27,031 nucleotides of DNA from an uncultured Geminicoccaceae bacterium. Lineage in GTDB: Bacteria > Pseudomonadota > Alphaproteobacteria > Geminicoccales > Geminicoccaceae. The stretch covers positions 1 to 27,031 of the forward strand of contig CAYYZI010000002.1 of NCBI GenBank assembly GCA_964475675.1, read 5' to 3'. Made by a program: the position numbers and the translations under genes. This document shows positions 1 through 9,120 of the stretch, piece after piece. The stretch's first letter is position 1; every line of letters starts with the position of its first letter. The notes beneath the pieces were generated by a model, which had not been told where the DNA came from, ran no database searches, and saw only the letters and a list, made by a program, of their open reading frames with translations.

Positions 1-2323
1 CGATGCCGTTCTGCGGCTGCTGCGCCAGAGCCAGACTGGTACCTGCGGGCGGATAGGAGGCCGCCAGCGGATCCATCTCCACCCATTGCCCCGATGTAGT
101 GGTCACCGAAAGCGGCGCGGCGACCGGGGATTCGGTGCCGTCCGTGAACTGCTCACCGTCGCCGATGCCGTAGAAGGCCGCCGGATCCAGGAGATTGTGC
201 GCTTCCGCGGCGATCCGTCCGGCGGCCGGAGTCGAGGCCGAGATCCGTACCTCGTCGATCAGCCCGATCCACGACTTGGCGGTGTTGAGCGCACCGAGAC
301 CGATCGACAGCGGCTGGCCGGCCACCATGCTGGTTGCGCTGCTCGCCACGGCGCCTTCCTGAACCCCGGATGACGTGTCGAGCCCGACCCAGCTCGCCGC
401 CACCTCCTCGCCGTCGACATAGAGCCTGGGCAATGTGCCGGCCTGCCAGGCAGCCGCCAGCACCTGACGCTCACTGCTCTGGATCCGGCTCGGCCCCTCG
501 ATCTGCACGCTGCCGTCGGCGGTCATGAGGGCGAACTTCACGGTTCGCGGGGCACCACCGAAATAGCCGCTGGTATTGTAGAGCAGTCCGAGACCGAGAT
601 TTCCTGCCGATGCGGCCGGATCGCCCTGCTGGAGAATGCGGGCGTCCCGGTTACCGAGAATCGCCGGATCGGCCTGAACAACTGCCTGAATGTAAAGGGC
701 ACCCAGGCCACTCAGGAACATGCCATCGCCAAGCCTTTCGTCGGCATTGCCATCGAACATTCCGCTCGCACCGACGAGCTCACTGCCAGCGACACCGGCG
801 AGCGTCAAGTCGCGACCGTTGCCGCTGCGGTCGCGACCCGATTGGGTGTCCCAGACCGCGAGATAGCCCTGCCAGACGCCCGCCGGATTCTCTTCCGACA
901 CCGTCAGCCCGGGCTTGCCGTGATAGAGGAACAGATGCAGCGATTGGGCCTGATCCCAGGAAGGAATGCGGACCCAGGCCAGAAGCCTGCCGGTGACCGG
1001 ATCGTAGCTGTCGATCTCGTGGTCGAGCCTGGTACCGTCCTCGAGCTCGAAGCGCAGATCGAACCCCTGATCGCTCTCGACATTGCCGCCATTGGCCAGG
1101 CTCTTGAGCCAGTCGCCCTGCTCCTCGACCCGCAGCACGAAGTCGGTGACGATCTCGGCCTTCTGCTGGGAGGGCACCAGCAGCCGCCGGCGATGGCCGT
1201 AGCCGTTGGCATAGGTCTGGGGCGGCGGCGGCGCCACGGTGATCCGCACCTCGCCATTGGCCCGGCCGCCCTGCGCATCGGTGATCGTGTAGGTGAAGGC
1301 GTCCTCGCCGGAAAAGCCGGGATCCGGCGTGTAGGTCAGGCTGCCGTCGCCATTGACCGCCAGCCTGCCATGGGCGGGAAAGCCGAGACTCTCGAGCTGC
1401 AGCGGATCGCCATCGGGATCGCTGTCGTTGGCCAGCACGTCGATGGTCACCGGGGTGTCGAACGCGGTGCCGACCGGATCCGCCACCGCCACCGGCACCG
1501 TGTTGGGGCGCTCGACCTGGATGACGATCGTTCCCGTGGCGCTGCCGCCGCGGCCGTCGCCGAGCGTGTAGGTGAAGCTGTCCTCGCCGGAAAAGCCGGG
1601 ATCCGGCGTGTAGGTCAGACTGCCGTCGCCATTGAGCGCGAGGCGGCCGGCGGCCGGCATCCCGAGACCCTCGAGGCGCAGCGGATCGCCGTCGGGATCG
1701 GTGGCGGCGCTGCGCGGATCGAACACCAGCGGGGTATCGACGGTGGTCGACAGGGTGAGCATTCCCGCTGCCGGCGGCGCGTTGCTGCGCTCCACCCGGA
1801 TCGTCACCGTCGCCGTCGCGGATTCGCCGCGGCCATCACCGATGGTATAGGAAAAACGGTCGGTCCCGAAAAACCCCTGCTGCGGCCAGTAGGTCAGGGA
1901 CTGGTCGGGATTGATGGTGACGCTGCCATAGGCCGGAGTGCCGAGCGCGGTGATGCGCAGCATGTCGCCATCGGGATCGCTGTCGTTGGCCAGCACGTCG
2001 ATGGTGATCTCGCCGGCCACGGTGACCGCTTCGTCGTCCTGTGCCCGGGGCGGCGAGCTGGATGCCAGCACGGTGATCGTCACCGCACCCGCGGCCGTCG
2101 CTCCGTTGGCGTCGCGCACCGTGTAGGTGAACTGGTCGACGCCCGAGAAGGCGGCATCGGAGGTATAGGTGAAGGTCTGGTCGGGATTGAGGACCAGGCT
2201 GCCGGCGGCCGGCTGGGTGAAGCTGTCGATGGTCAGGGAGGAGCCGCTGTCGTTGGCGCGCACATCGAAGGTGACGGCCGTTCCGGCGGTGGTGATGACG
2301 ATATCGGGGGCGGTGGTGGGCAA
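1..2323 (-). CDS. Large surface/adhesin-like protein, 3' end outside the window. Four N-terminal Ig-like (Big_9/cadherin-like, ~93 aa) repeats, a DUF2341-like domain, a LamG/concanavalin A-like domain, then a probable further Ig-like repeat
   Basis: Not in the ORF track because no stop lies inside the window. Manual translation from TTG at 2323 (AAGGAG 7 nt upstream) is open to base 2: MPTTAPDIVITTAGTAVTFDVRANDSG... Repeats follow DVLANDSDPDGD...GSLTYTPDPGFSGEDxFTYT. DUF2341-like segment GFDLRFELEDGTRLDHEIDSYDPVTGRLLAWVRIP...LYHG. LamG-like segment LYVDGEEV...WIGLIDEVRIS. Confidence 0.9.
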   Translation of the reverse strand, partial: MPTTAPDIVITTAGTAVTFDVRANDSGSSLTIDSFTQPAAGSLVLNPDQTFTYTSDAAFSGVDQFTYTVRDANGATAAGAVTITVLASSSPPRAQDDEAVTVAGEITIDVLANDSDPDGDMLRITALGTPAYGSVTINPDQSLTYWPQQGFFGTDRFSYTIGDGRGESATATVTIRVERSNAPPAAGMLTLSTTVDTPLVFDPRSAATDPDGDPLRLEGLGMPAAGRLALNGDGSLTYTPDPGFSGEDSFTYTLGDGRGGSATGTIVIQVERPNTVPVAVADPVGTAFDTPVTIDVLANDSDPDGDPLQLESLGFPAHGRLAVNGDGSLTYTPDPGFSGEDAFTYTITDAQGGRANGEVRITVAPPPPQTYANGYGHRRRLLVPSQQKAEIVTDFVLRVEEQGDWLKSLANGGNVESDQGFDLRFELEDGTRLDHEIDSYDPVTGRLLAWVRIPSWDQAQSLHLFLYHGKPGLTVSEENPAGVWQGYLAVWDTQSGRDRSGNGRDLTLAGVAGSELVGASGMFDGNADERLGDGMFLSGLGALYIQAVVQADPAILGNRDARILQQGDPAASAGNLGLGLLYNTSGYFGGAPRTVKFALMTADGSVQIEGPSRIQSSERQVLAAAWQAGTLPRLYVDGEEVAASWVGLDTSSGVQEGAVASSATSMVAGQPLSIGLGALNTAKSWIGLIDEVRISASTPAAGRIAAEAHNLLDPAAFYGIGDGEQFTDGTESPVAAPLSVTTTSGQWVEMDPLAASYPPAGTSLALAQQPQNGI
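1286..1635. repeat. Near-identical intragenic direct repeat, 71 bp x2 (1286-1356 and 1565-1635)
   Basis: 68/71 identical, 279 bp (93 codons) apart. Confidence 0.9.
1407..2005. repeat. Identical intragenic direct repeat, 41 bp x2 (1407-1447 and 1965-2005)
   Basis: TCGCCATCGGGATCGCTGTCGTTGGCCAGCACGTCGATGGT, 41/41 identical, 558 bp (2 x 279) apart. Confidence 0.9.
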
Positions 2324-2359
2324 GGTCGCTCTCCTTGGGAGACAATTCCGTTGCCCTGC

Positions 2360-2388
2360 GTTATAATAGGGTTATATCCCTAGCGCAA
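2360..2388 (-). promoter_or_regulatory. Sigma70-type promoter of the adhesin gene, with a palindrome filling the spacer
   Basis: Minus strand TTGCGC-N17-TATAAC. The spacer contains TAGGGATATAACCCTA (2367-2382). Confidence 0.6.
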
Positions 2389-2633
2389 CCACAGATTGTT
2401 TGCCAGACGAGCCGCGTGAAATACCGGTCCGGATCCCCTTCCCTCACCGGCGGATCGCCGCGTGTCCCCTTGCACGCGTAAGCGGGTGCAAGGCAGTCCG
2501 TCACATCTGCGTGAGCGTTCCGGCGACAGCCCGGATGCGCGCGCCAAGATCCCCACCTTCTCGCATCGGCCGAACACACTAACGGGATTTTAAAGGAACG
2601 GTGCTAGATCCTGTTTGAGGCCGAAACCCCAGG

Positions 2634-5285
2634 ATGTATGTTCCGTCTTGTCGCAGGCTTTTTCGAGGATCGCCGCCCTTGCCTTCCTCCGCCGCCTCCT
2701 TCCGCCACATCGCGGCCTCCCAGGCTGTGAGCGGGCTCGCCGGCTGCCCGGAGGAGATGCTGCGGAGCGTCATGGTCCAGCTACCGGTGGCGATCGCCCT
2801 GTTCGACCGCCGGCTTCGCTGCCGTCTCGCCAATCCACGCTGGGCCACGGAACTCGGTCTGCCCACCGATCCCACCCGTGACGACGGGCGGGGTCGGCGG
2901 GCGGCCGCCATCCGCATCCTCCGCGCCGTCCTGCGCGACTGTCTGGCCGAGGAAGCCTCCTGCGGCCTCGCCCTCTGCTGGCCGACCGCCGCCAATGCCT
3001 GCCGATCGCTGCATCTGGAAATCCATCCCTTCCTCGAAAGGAAGGCGGTCACCGGCATCCTGGTGCTGGCGACCCCGGCGGCGGAAACCACCCCCTGCCG
3101 GTATCCCGCCCACCGGCAGAGTTCCCAGCTCGCCCTCGCCGGCCAGATCGCCCGGGTCGGCTACTGGTCGCACGATTTCCGCACCGGCGAGATCTTCTGG
3201 TCGCCCGAGATCTGGCGCATCACCGGCCGTGATCCGGAGCAGTTCCCGCTTTCCCTCGAAAGCCGCTACGAGATCTTCCATCCCGAGGACCGCGAAGCGC
3301 ACCGGCGGGCCTGGGAGGAGGCCATCCGGACGGGCGCCGATTTCAGCCGCCGCTGTCGCATCCTGCTGGCCGACGGCAGCGTCCGTTACGCCCTCTCCAG
3401 GGGCATCTGCCAGAGGGACCCCGACGGCCGCATCATCGGCTATTTCGGCATTCTCCAGGACATCACTCCGCAGATCGAGATCGAACGGCGGCTGGAAAGC
3501 GAGAGCCGGGAGAACGCCTTCTATCGCCGCATCATCGAGACCCTGCCGGATCGGGTCTGGGTCAAGGATCCGGCCGGCCGCTATCTGCTCGTCAATCCGG
3601 CCACCGTCCGCAGCCTCGGGCGCAGCCGGGCGGAAGAGGTGCTCGGCCGTACCGATGCGGACTTTCTGCCGAAAACCCTCGCCCGCCGCTTCGCCCGTGA
3701 CGAAAGGGTGGTGCTGCGGACCGGCAGCAACCGCATCGCCGAACGCCCTCTCATTCGCGACGGCCGACGGGTGGGCTGGCTGACCGTGCTGCTCGTCCCC
3801 CTCAGGAATCCGCAGGGGGAGACCGTGGGGGTGGTCGGCCATGCCCGTGACATCACCGAAGCCCGGGCGGCGGACCGGGCGCTGGCCCGCGAACGCCGCC
3901 GGCTCGAGCGCCTCGCCCTGCATCTGAGCGCCGCCAAGAAGGAAGCCGAGGACGCCCGCGATCTGCTGCGCGCCGCCACCGCCATGCTGTTCGACGGCTT
4001 CGCCCTGTTCGATCGCGAGGACCGCCTCATCCTCTGCAACGAGGCCTTCAGCTCCCTCTACGATGCCAGCCCCGCTGCCCTCAAGGGGCTGACCTTCGAG
4101 GAGCTGCAGCGGCTGCCCGCCTTCCGTCGCAAGCTCGGCCTCGACGAGGAATCCTTCGCGGTCTGGCTGGAGCAGCGTCTGGCCCATTACCGCCGGGGCG
4201 AGGCCGGCGCCCGCGAGGTCAAGGTCGGCGGCCGCTGGTTCCTGCTCCACGAGCGCCGCCTCGGCGACGGCACGCTGGTGCTCTGCCGCGCCGACATCAC
4301 GCCGCTCAAGACCACCGAAATGGAGCTGCGGGAGATCGCCGGCGCCTTCGCCCGGGCCAAGGTGGAGGCCGAGCAGGCCCACGATCTGTTGCGCGAGGCC
4401 ACCGCCGTCTTGTCCGAAGGCTTCGCCCTGTTCGATCCCGAGGACCGCCTGATCCTGTGCAACGGCAGCTTCGCCGAACTCTACGGGATGCCCCCCGAAG
4501 CCCTCGAAGGGCGCAATTTCGCCTGGTTCGCCAGAACCTATCTGGCCCGTCACCATCCCGATCTCGAGCCCGACCAGCGTGCCGCCCTGCTGGCCTCGAT
4601 CCTGCGCAGCCACGAGGTCGCCGATGGCAGTCCGCGCGAGATCCGGGCGGCGGAGCGCTGGTACGTCATGCGCTGTTCGCGCATGCTCAACGGCTGCCGG
4701 GTGCTGCTGCGCAGCGATGTCACCCATCTCAAGCGGGTCGAGGAGGAGCTGCGGCGGCTGGCGACCATCGACGAGCTCACCGAGCTCTACAACCGCCGCT
4801 TCTTCTTCGCCCAGGGCCGCCGCCTGCTCGAGCGCTGCCGCCAGAACGCCCAGCCGGTGGGGCTGCTGCTGTTCGATCTCGATCACTTCAAGAGCATCAA
4901 CGACAGTTTCGGCCACGAAGCCGGCGATGCGGTGCTGCGGGCGGTGGCGCTCTGCTGCCGTCGCACGCTGCGCCCCGGCGATCTGGTCGCCCGCCTCGGC
5001 GGCGAGGAATTCGCCGTGCTGCTGCCCGAAAGCGACCGCAGCCAGGCGACGCGGGTGGCGGAACGGCTGCGCCGGGCGCTGGCCGCGCTCGAGGTGCCCT
5101 GCGATCACGCCCGCATCCGGATCACCGTCAGCATCGGGCTGGCCACCCCCGAGGACACCCCGGGCGGGCTCGACAGCCTGCTCGCCGCTGCCGATCGCGC
5201 CCTCTATGCGGCCAAGCGCGCCGGCCGCGACCGGGTGGTGGCTTTCGCCCCCAGAACCACCGAACGTTCGCCCGAATCCTCCTGA
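2634..5285 (+). CDS. Multi-PAS/PAC sensor diguanylate cyclase (GGEEF)
   Basis: PAS segments (GYWSHD...FWSPEIWRI...HPEDR; LPDRVWVKDPAGRYLLVN; two GFALFD(R/P)EDRLILCN PAS_7-type repeats). C-terminal DELTELYNRR...DLDHFKSINDSFGHEAGD...RPGDLVARLGGEEF, with an intact RxxD inhibitory site. Start uncertain (2634, 2758 or 2772). Confidence 0.93.
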   Translation: MYVPSCRRLFRGSPPLPSSAASFRHIAASQAVSGLAGCPEEMLRSVMVQLPVAIALFDRRLRCRLANPRWATELGLPTDPTRDDGRGRRAAAIRILRAVLRDCLAEEASCGLALCWPTAANACRSLHLEIHPFLERKAVTGILVLATPAAETTPCRYPAHRQSSQLALAGQIARVGYWSHDFRTGEIFWSPEIWRITGRDPEQFPLSLESRYEIFHPEDREAHRRAWEEAIRTGADFSRRCRILLADGSVRYALSRGICQRDPDGRIIGYFGILQDITPQIEIERRLESESRENAFYRRIIETLPDRVWVKDPAGRYLLVNPATVRSLGRSRAEEVLGRTDADFLPKTLARRFARDERVVLRTGSNRIAERPLIRDGRRVGWLTVLLVPLRNPQGETVGVVGHARDITEARAADRALARERRRLERLALHLSAAKKEAEDARDLLRAATAMLFDGFALFDREDRLILCNEAFSSLYDASPAALKGLTFEELQRLPAFRRKLGLDEESFAVWLEQRLAHYRRGEAGAREVKVGGRWFLLHERRLGDGTLVLCRADITPLKTTEMELREIAGAFARAKVEAEQAHDLLREATAVLSEGFALFDPEDRLILCNGSFAELYGMPPEALEGRNFAWFARTYLARHHPDLEPDQRAALLASILRSHEVADGSPREIRAAERWYVMRCSRMLNGCRVLLRSDVTHLKRVEEELRRLATIDELTELYNRRFFFAQGRRLLERCRQNAQPVGLLLFDLDHFKSINDSFGHEAGDAVLRAVALCCRRTLRPGDLVARLGGEEFAVLLPESDRSQATRVAERLRRALAALEVPCDHARIRITVSIGLATPEDTPGGLDSLLAAADRALYAAKRAGRDRVVAFAPRTTERSPESS

Positions 5286-5325
5286 GGCCCTTGTCCGGGG
5301 GACGCGTTTGCGGCATGCCGCAGCC

Positions 5326-6633
5326 ATGTCCGCTGCCCCGACCTGGTATCATGCCAGGACCCCAGCACCGGCGCCGCGCCCGCCCCTCGAGGGGGCGATC
5401 GATGCCCGCTTCTGCATCGTCGGCGGCGGCCTCGCCGGCCTCGCCACCGCCCTCTCCCTGGCCGAACGCGGCTACGCTTCCGTGCTGCTCGAGGCCCACC
5501 GGATCGGCTTCGGCGCCTCGGGCCGCAATGGCGGCATGGCCTCTTCCGGCCTCACCCGGCCGCTTTCCTGGCTGCGCCGCCGCTGCGGCCCCGAAACCGC
5601 CCATCGCATCTACGCCGCCAGCCGCGAGGCCCTGGGGCTGATCCGCCGGCGCATCACCGAGCATGCCATCGCCTGCGATCCGGTGGACGGGGTGCTGGAG
5701 GCCTCCTGGTTCGACGATGCCGACGCACTCCGCGCCGAGGTGGACAGCCTCAACCGGGAATTCGGCATGCGGCTCGAGTTCTGGCCGCGCGACAGGCTAC
5801 GCGAATGCTACCGCTCGCCGCGCTACTACGACGGGATCCTCGATCCCGAGGGATTCCATCTCGATCCGCTGGCCCTCGCCCGGGGCTATGCGACGGCCGT
5901 GGAAGGACTCGGCGGGCGCATTTTCGAGGACAGTCCGGTACGCCATTGCCGGCGCCGGGGCGCCGGCTTCGAAGTGACGACCGAGGCCGGCCGGGTACGG
6001 GCCGAACATCTCATCCTCTGCCCCAATGTCTACGGCCCGCCCTGCTGCCGCCGCCTCGCCCGGGCGCTGCTGCCGGTGATCAGCTACGTGATCGTCACCG
6101 AACCCCTCGGAGAGCGGCTGCGGACCGCCATCCGCGCACCCTTCGCGGTGTTCGACGACCGCATGGCCACCGGCTACTACCGCCCGCTCGAAGGAGAGCG
6201 TCTGCTGTGGGGAGGCCGGGTCGCCCTGTTCGAGCGCCGCCGCGGCATCGCCGAGCTGATGCGGCGGGATCTCGCCGAGGTCTATCCGCAGCTCGCCGAG
6301 GTCGGCATCGACCATGCCTGGTCGGGACGGATGGGCTTCGCCCGCCACAAGATGCCGGTGATCGGCCGCATCGCGCCCGGTCTGTGGGTGGCCACCGGGT
6401 TCGGCGGTCACGGCCTCAACACCACCAGCATGGCCGGCGAGCTGCTGGCCCGGGGGCTGGTCGAGGGCGATCGCGACTGGGAACCCTTCGCCGCCTTCGG
6501 CCTGCCCTGGGTGGCCGACGGGCTCGGTCGTCTGGCCGCCCAAGGCTATTACTGGGCCTATGGTCTGCGTGACAGAACATTGTCCTTGTGGATGGGAATG
6601 CGCAGATGTCTTGCCAAGACCATCGTGAAATGA
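5326..6633 (+). CDS. FAD-dependent oxidoreductase, DAO / gamma-glutamylputrescine oxidase (PuuB)-like
   Basis: Real start ATG 5326 (MSAAPTWY...) lies inside ORF 4579..6633. Motifs: IVGGGLAGLATALSLAERG, GFGASGRNGG, C-terminal GFGGHGLNTT. Confidence 0.88.
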   Translation: MSAAPTWYHARTPAPAPRPPLEGAIDARFCIVGGGLAGLATALSLAERGYASVLLEAHRIGFGASGRNGGMASSGLTRPLSWLRRRCGPETAHRIYAASREALGLIRRRITEHAIACDPVDGVLEASWFDDADALRAEVDSLNREFGMRLEFWPRDRLRECYRSPRYYDGILDPEGFHLDPLALARGYATAVEGLGGRIFEDSPVRHCRRRGAGFEVTTEAGRVRAEHLILCPNVYGPPCCRRLARALLPVISYVIVTEPLGERLRTAIRAPFAVFDDRMATGYYRPLEGERLLWGGRVALFERRRGIAELMRRDLAEVYPQLAEVGIDHAWSGRMGFARHKMPVIGRIAPGLWVATGFGGHGLNTTSMAGELLARGLVEGDRDWEPFAAFGLPWVADGLGRLAAQGYYWAYGLRDRTLSLWMGMRRCLAKTIVK

Positions 6634-6710
6634 TTTGAATATGAGTGCTCACGAATATGGCTCGGTCATGCTCGGAGACGCGATCTGCCTGAACTCCTGG
6701 GAGGCTATCG

Positions 6711-8027
6711 ATGACAAGAAATTCCCGTGGTCCGCGCGAGCGGGGGCTGTGCGAGCTTTACAGCGAGGATCCGATCCTCGCTGACGAGCTGGTGTTCGGC
6801 CGCCGCAGCTATCCCGATCGCCGCGGCTTTCTGAAGGGGGCCGGTCTGGCCACCATGGGTGCCATCCTCGGTGCCAGCATCCCCTTCCACCGCAACATGC
6901 CGGCCGGTCTCATTCCCGCCGCCCTGGCCGAAGGGCTCGAGAATTTCGTGATCGAGGGCAAGGACGGCCTGCGCGTGCTCAACGACCGGCCGCTCAATGC
7001 CGAGACCCCGGCCCATCTTCTCGACGATCCGATCACGCCGGTGGCGCGCCACTTCATCCGCAACAACGGCATTCCGCCCGAGAACACCTCGCCGGAAGGC
7101 TGGACGGTGACCATCGACGGCTTCGTCGACAAGCCGATGAAGCTTTCGATCGCCGATCTGCGGAAGAATTTCGAGGTCGTCACCTACGCCCTGCAGCTCG
7201 AATGCGGCGGCAACGGCCGCGCCTTCTTCAACCCGCCGGCCAAGGGCAACCAGTGGACCATCGGTGCCGTGGGCTGCTCGCACTGGACCGGTGTCCGTCT
7301 CCGCGACGTGCTGGCGGCGGCGGGGGTGCAGAGCAACGTCATCTACACCGCCCATTACGGTGCCGACGGCCATCTCTCGGGGGATCCCAACAAGCTGCCG
7401 ATCAGCCGCGGGGTGCCCATCGAGAAGGCGATGAACCCCTACAATCTGATCGCCTTCGAGATGAACGGCGGCCCCCTCCACCCGATGAACGGGGCGCCGA
7501 TCCGCCTCGTCATCCCGGGCTGGCCCGGTTCCTGCTCGCAGAAATGGCTGACCCGCGTCCAGCTGCGGGACGTGGTGCATGACGGGCCGAAGATGACCGG
7601 CAAGTCCTATCGCGTGCCGCGCTATCCGGTGGCACCGGGCGAGAAGGTGCCCAAGGAGGATTTCGTCATCATCGAGACGATGCCGGTCAAGTCCCTGATC
7701 ACCTTCCCGCAGACCAACATCGAGGTGCCGGCGGACCAGCCGCTCGAGGTACGCGGTCATGCCTGGGCGGGCGACAATTTCGTCACCCGTCTCGATCTGT
7801 CGATCGATTTCGGCAAGACTTGGATCGCCGCCGATCTCGATCCTCCGGAAAACCCCTATGCCTGGCAGAACTGGCGGGCGAAGATCCGTTTCCCGATTCA
7901 CGGCTATTACGAGATCTGGGCCCGGGCGACGGATGACGAAGGCCGCATGCAGCCCTTCGCGATCGCCTGGAATCCCAAGGGCTATCTGAACAATTCGATG
8001 CACCGCATCGCCGTTCGCGCCGTATGA
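6711..8027 (+). CDS. sorA: Tat-exported sulfite oxidase-family molybdoenzyme (SorA-like sulfite dehydrogenase subunit)
   Basis: GGAGG RBS. Twin-arginine motif DRRGFLKGAG, RPLNAETP, Mo-ligand Cys in LECGGNGR, GAPIRLVIPGWPGSCSQKWL, dimerisation domain ending NPKGYLNN. Confidence 0.88.
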   Translation: MTRNSRGPRERGLCELYSEDPILADELVFGRRSYPDRRGFLKGAGLATMGAILGASIPFHRNMPAGLIPAALAEGLENFVIEGKDGLRVLNDRPLNAETPAHLLDDPITPVARHFIRNNGIPPENTSPEGWTVTIDGFVDKPMKLSIADLRKNFEVVTYALQLECGGNGRAFFNPPAKGNQWTIGAVGCSHWTGVRLRDVLAAAGVQSNVIYTAHYGADGHLSGDPNKLPISRGVPIEKAMNPYNLIAFEMNGGPLHPMNGAPIRLVIPGWPGSCSQKWLTRVQLRDVVHDGPKMTGKSYRVPRYPVAPGEKVPKEDFVIIETMPVKSLITFPQTNIEVPADQPLEVRGHAWAGDNFVTRLDLSIDFGKTWIAADLDPPENPYAWQNWRAKIRFPIHGYYEIWARATDDEGRMQPFAIAWNPKGYLNNSMHRIAVRAV

Positions 8028-8344
8028 GGTCTGTCTTCCTGGCACTGGGTGTGGCCGCCGTCCTGCTCGGGGACGGCGGCCCCGCCGCCGCCATCGAACC
8101 GGAGGATCTGCCGCCGGGACGGGGGCGCGAGGATGCCTACTACACCTGCTCCGCCTGCCATTCCTTCAACCTCGTCCTCCAGCAGGGCATGTCCTGGGGG
8201 GACTGGGACGAGCTCATCGACTGGATGATCGAGGAGCAGGGCATGAGCGAGCTGGAAACCGAAGAACGGGCTGTCATTCTCGAATATCTTTCCAAGAATT
8301 TCGGACCCGACCGGCCGTTCTGGAAGCAGAGCCAGAACCGTTGA
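8024..8344 (+). CDS. sorB: Small periplasmic monohaem cytochrome c (SorB-like partner)
   Basis: ATGA overlap with the molybdoenzyme stop. N-terminal signal peptide, haem motif CSACH, C-terminal ILEYLSKNF helix. Confidence 0.82.
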   Translation: MRSVFLALGVAAVLLGDGGPAAAIEPEDLPPGRGREDAYYTCSACHSFNLVLQQGMSWGDWDELIDWMIEEQGMSELETEERAVILEYLSKNFGPDRPFWKQSQNR

Positions 8345-8377
8345 TTTTCCCCGCTGCCGACAGGGTCCCGCCGATTC

Positions 8378-9016
8378 TCAGCAGGGTCTGACGAAGGCGT
8401 TTCGGGCTTCTTCCACCACCTCGCGGAAGGCGCAGCCCTGGAGATGGTCGTTGACCATCCCCATCGCCTGCATGAAGGCGTAGACCGTGGTCGGTCCGAG
8501 AAATTTCCAGCCGCGCCGCTTGAGCTCCCGGGCGAGATCCCGGGCTTCGGGAGAGCTGGTGAGCCTCCCGAGCGTCTCCCGATCGATGCGTTCCGGGCGG
8601 CTCGCGGGATCGGGCTCGAAGCGCCAGAGAAAGGCGGCCAGCGATCCGGCCTCGGCGACGAGATCGCAGGCGCGTCGCGCATTCTCCAGCGTGGCGGCGA
8701 TCTTGCCGCGATGGCGGACGATGCCGGCATCGCCCAAGAGCCGCGCGATCTCCGCCTCGCCCCAGCCGGCCAGCAGGGAGAAGTCGAAACCGGCGAAGGC
8801 GCGGCGGAAATTCTCCCGCTTGACGAGAATGGTGCGCCAGCTCAGCCCGGCCTGAAAGCCCTCGAGACAGAGCTTTTCGAACAGCCGCCGATCATCGGCC
8901 ACGGGCCGTCCCCATTCGCGGTCGTGATAGGCCTCGTAGAGGGGATCGCCCACGCACCAGAAGCAGCGGCCGCGGCCATCGGCACCGATGCGGATGCCGT
9001 TCTCGCCGCCGCTCAC
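8378..9016 (-). CDS. tag: DNA-3-methyladenine glycosylase I
   Basis: 3' part of ORF 8378..10999, probable GTG start at 9016. Motifs RCFWC...[57 protein letters not shown]. Confidence 0.93.
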   Translation of the reverse strand: MSGGENGIRIGADGRGRCFWCVGDPLYEAYHDREWGRPVADDRRLFEKLCLEGFQAGLSWRTILVKRENFRRAFAGFDFSLLAGWGEAEIARLLGDAGIVRHRGKIAATLENARRACDLVAEAGSLAAFLWRFEPDPASRPERIDRETLGRLTSSPEARDLARELKRRGWKFLGPTTVYAFMQAMGMVNDHLQGCAFREVVEEARNAFVRPC

Positions 9017-9029
9017 GATGCGTCCCGCC

Positions 9030-9059
9030 AAAAAAGAGGGCGACCCCGAAAGGTCGCCC
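9030..9059 (-). terminator. Intrinsic terminator
   Basis: Minus strand GGGCGACC-TTTCGG-GGTCGCCC (8-bp stem) followed by TCTTTTTT. Confidence 0.85.
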
Positions 9060-9120
9060 GCCAAGTCTCTGATACAAGGATCAGGGAGGCTGAAACACAA
9101 CGTCTCCTCACCAGGAGACC
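9030..9120 (-). ncRNA. Candidate ~90-nt sRNA resembling the alphaproteobacterial suhB/alpha-r8 (MmgR) type
   Basis: 5' hairpin GTCTCCT-GGTG-AGGAGAC, then GTTTCAGCCTCCCT, AGACTT and an intrinsic terminator. Weak promoter TTTTCA-N17-CAATTT upstream. Family resemblance is from memory only. Confidence 0.5.

Noticed and set aside
842-2383. 513-aa plus-strand ORF
   Set aside because: Antisense shadow of the adhesin; the minus frame has the recognisable domains and an RBS.
4579-5325. Upstream part of the 684-aa ORF fused to the FAD oxidoreductase
   Set aside because: Out-of-frame overlap with the DGC gene; the Rossmann motif fits a start at 5326.
2781-5327. 848-aa minus-strand ORF
   Set aside because: Antisense shadow of the diguanylate cyclase, typical of high-GC codon bias.
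6634-6660. Near-palindrome TGAGTGCTCA upstream of the molybdoenzyme
   Set aside because: Resembles one CIRCE arm only, is short and occurs once; insufficient support.
6705-8045. 446-aa minus-strand ORF
   Set aside because: Antisense shadow of the molybdoenzyme gene.
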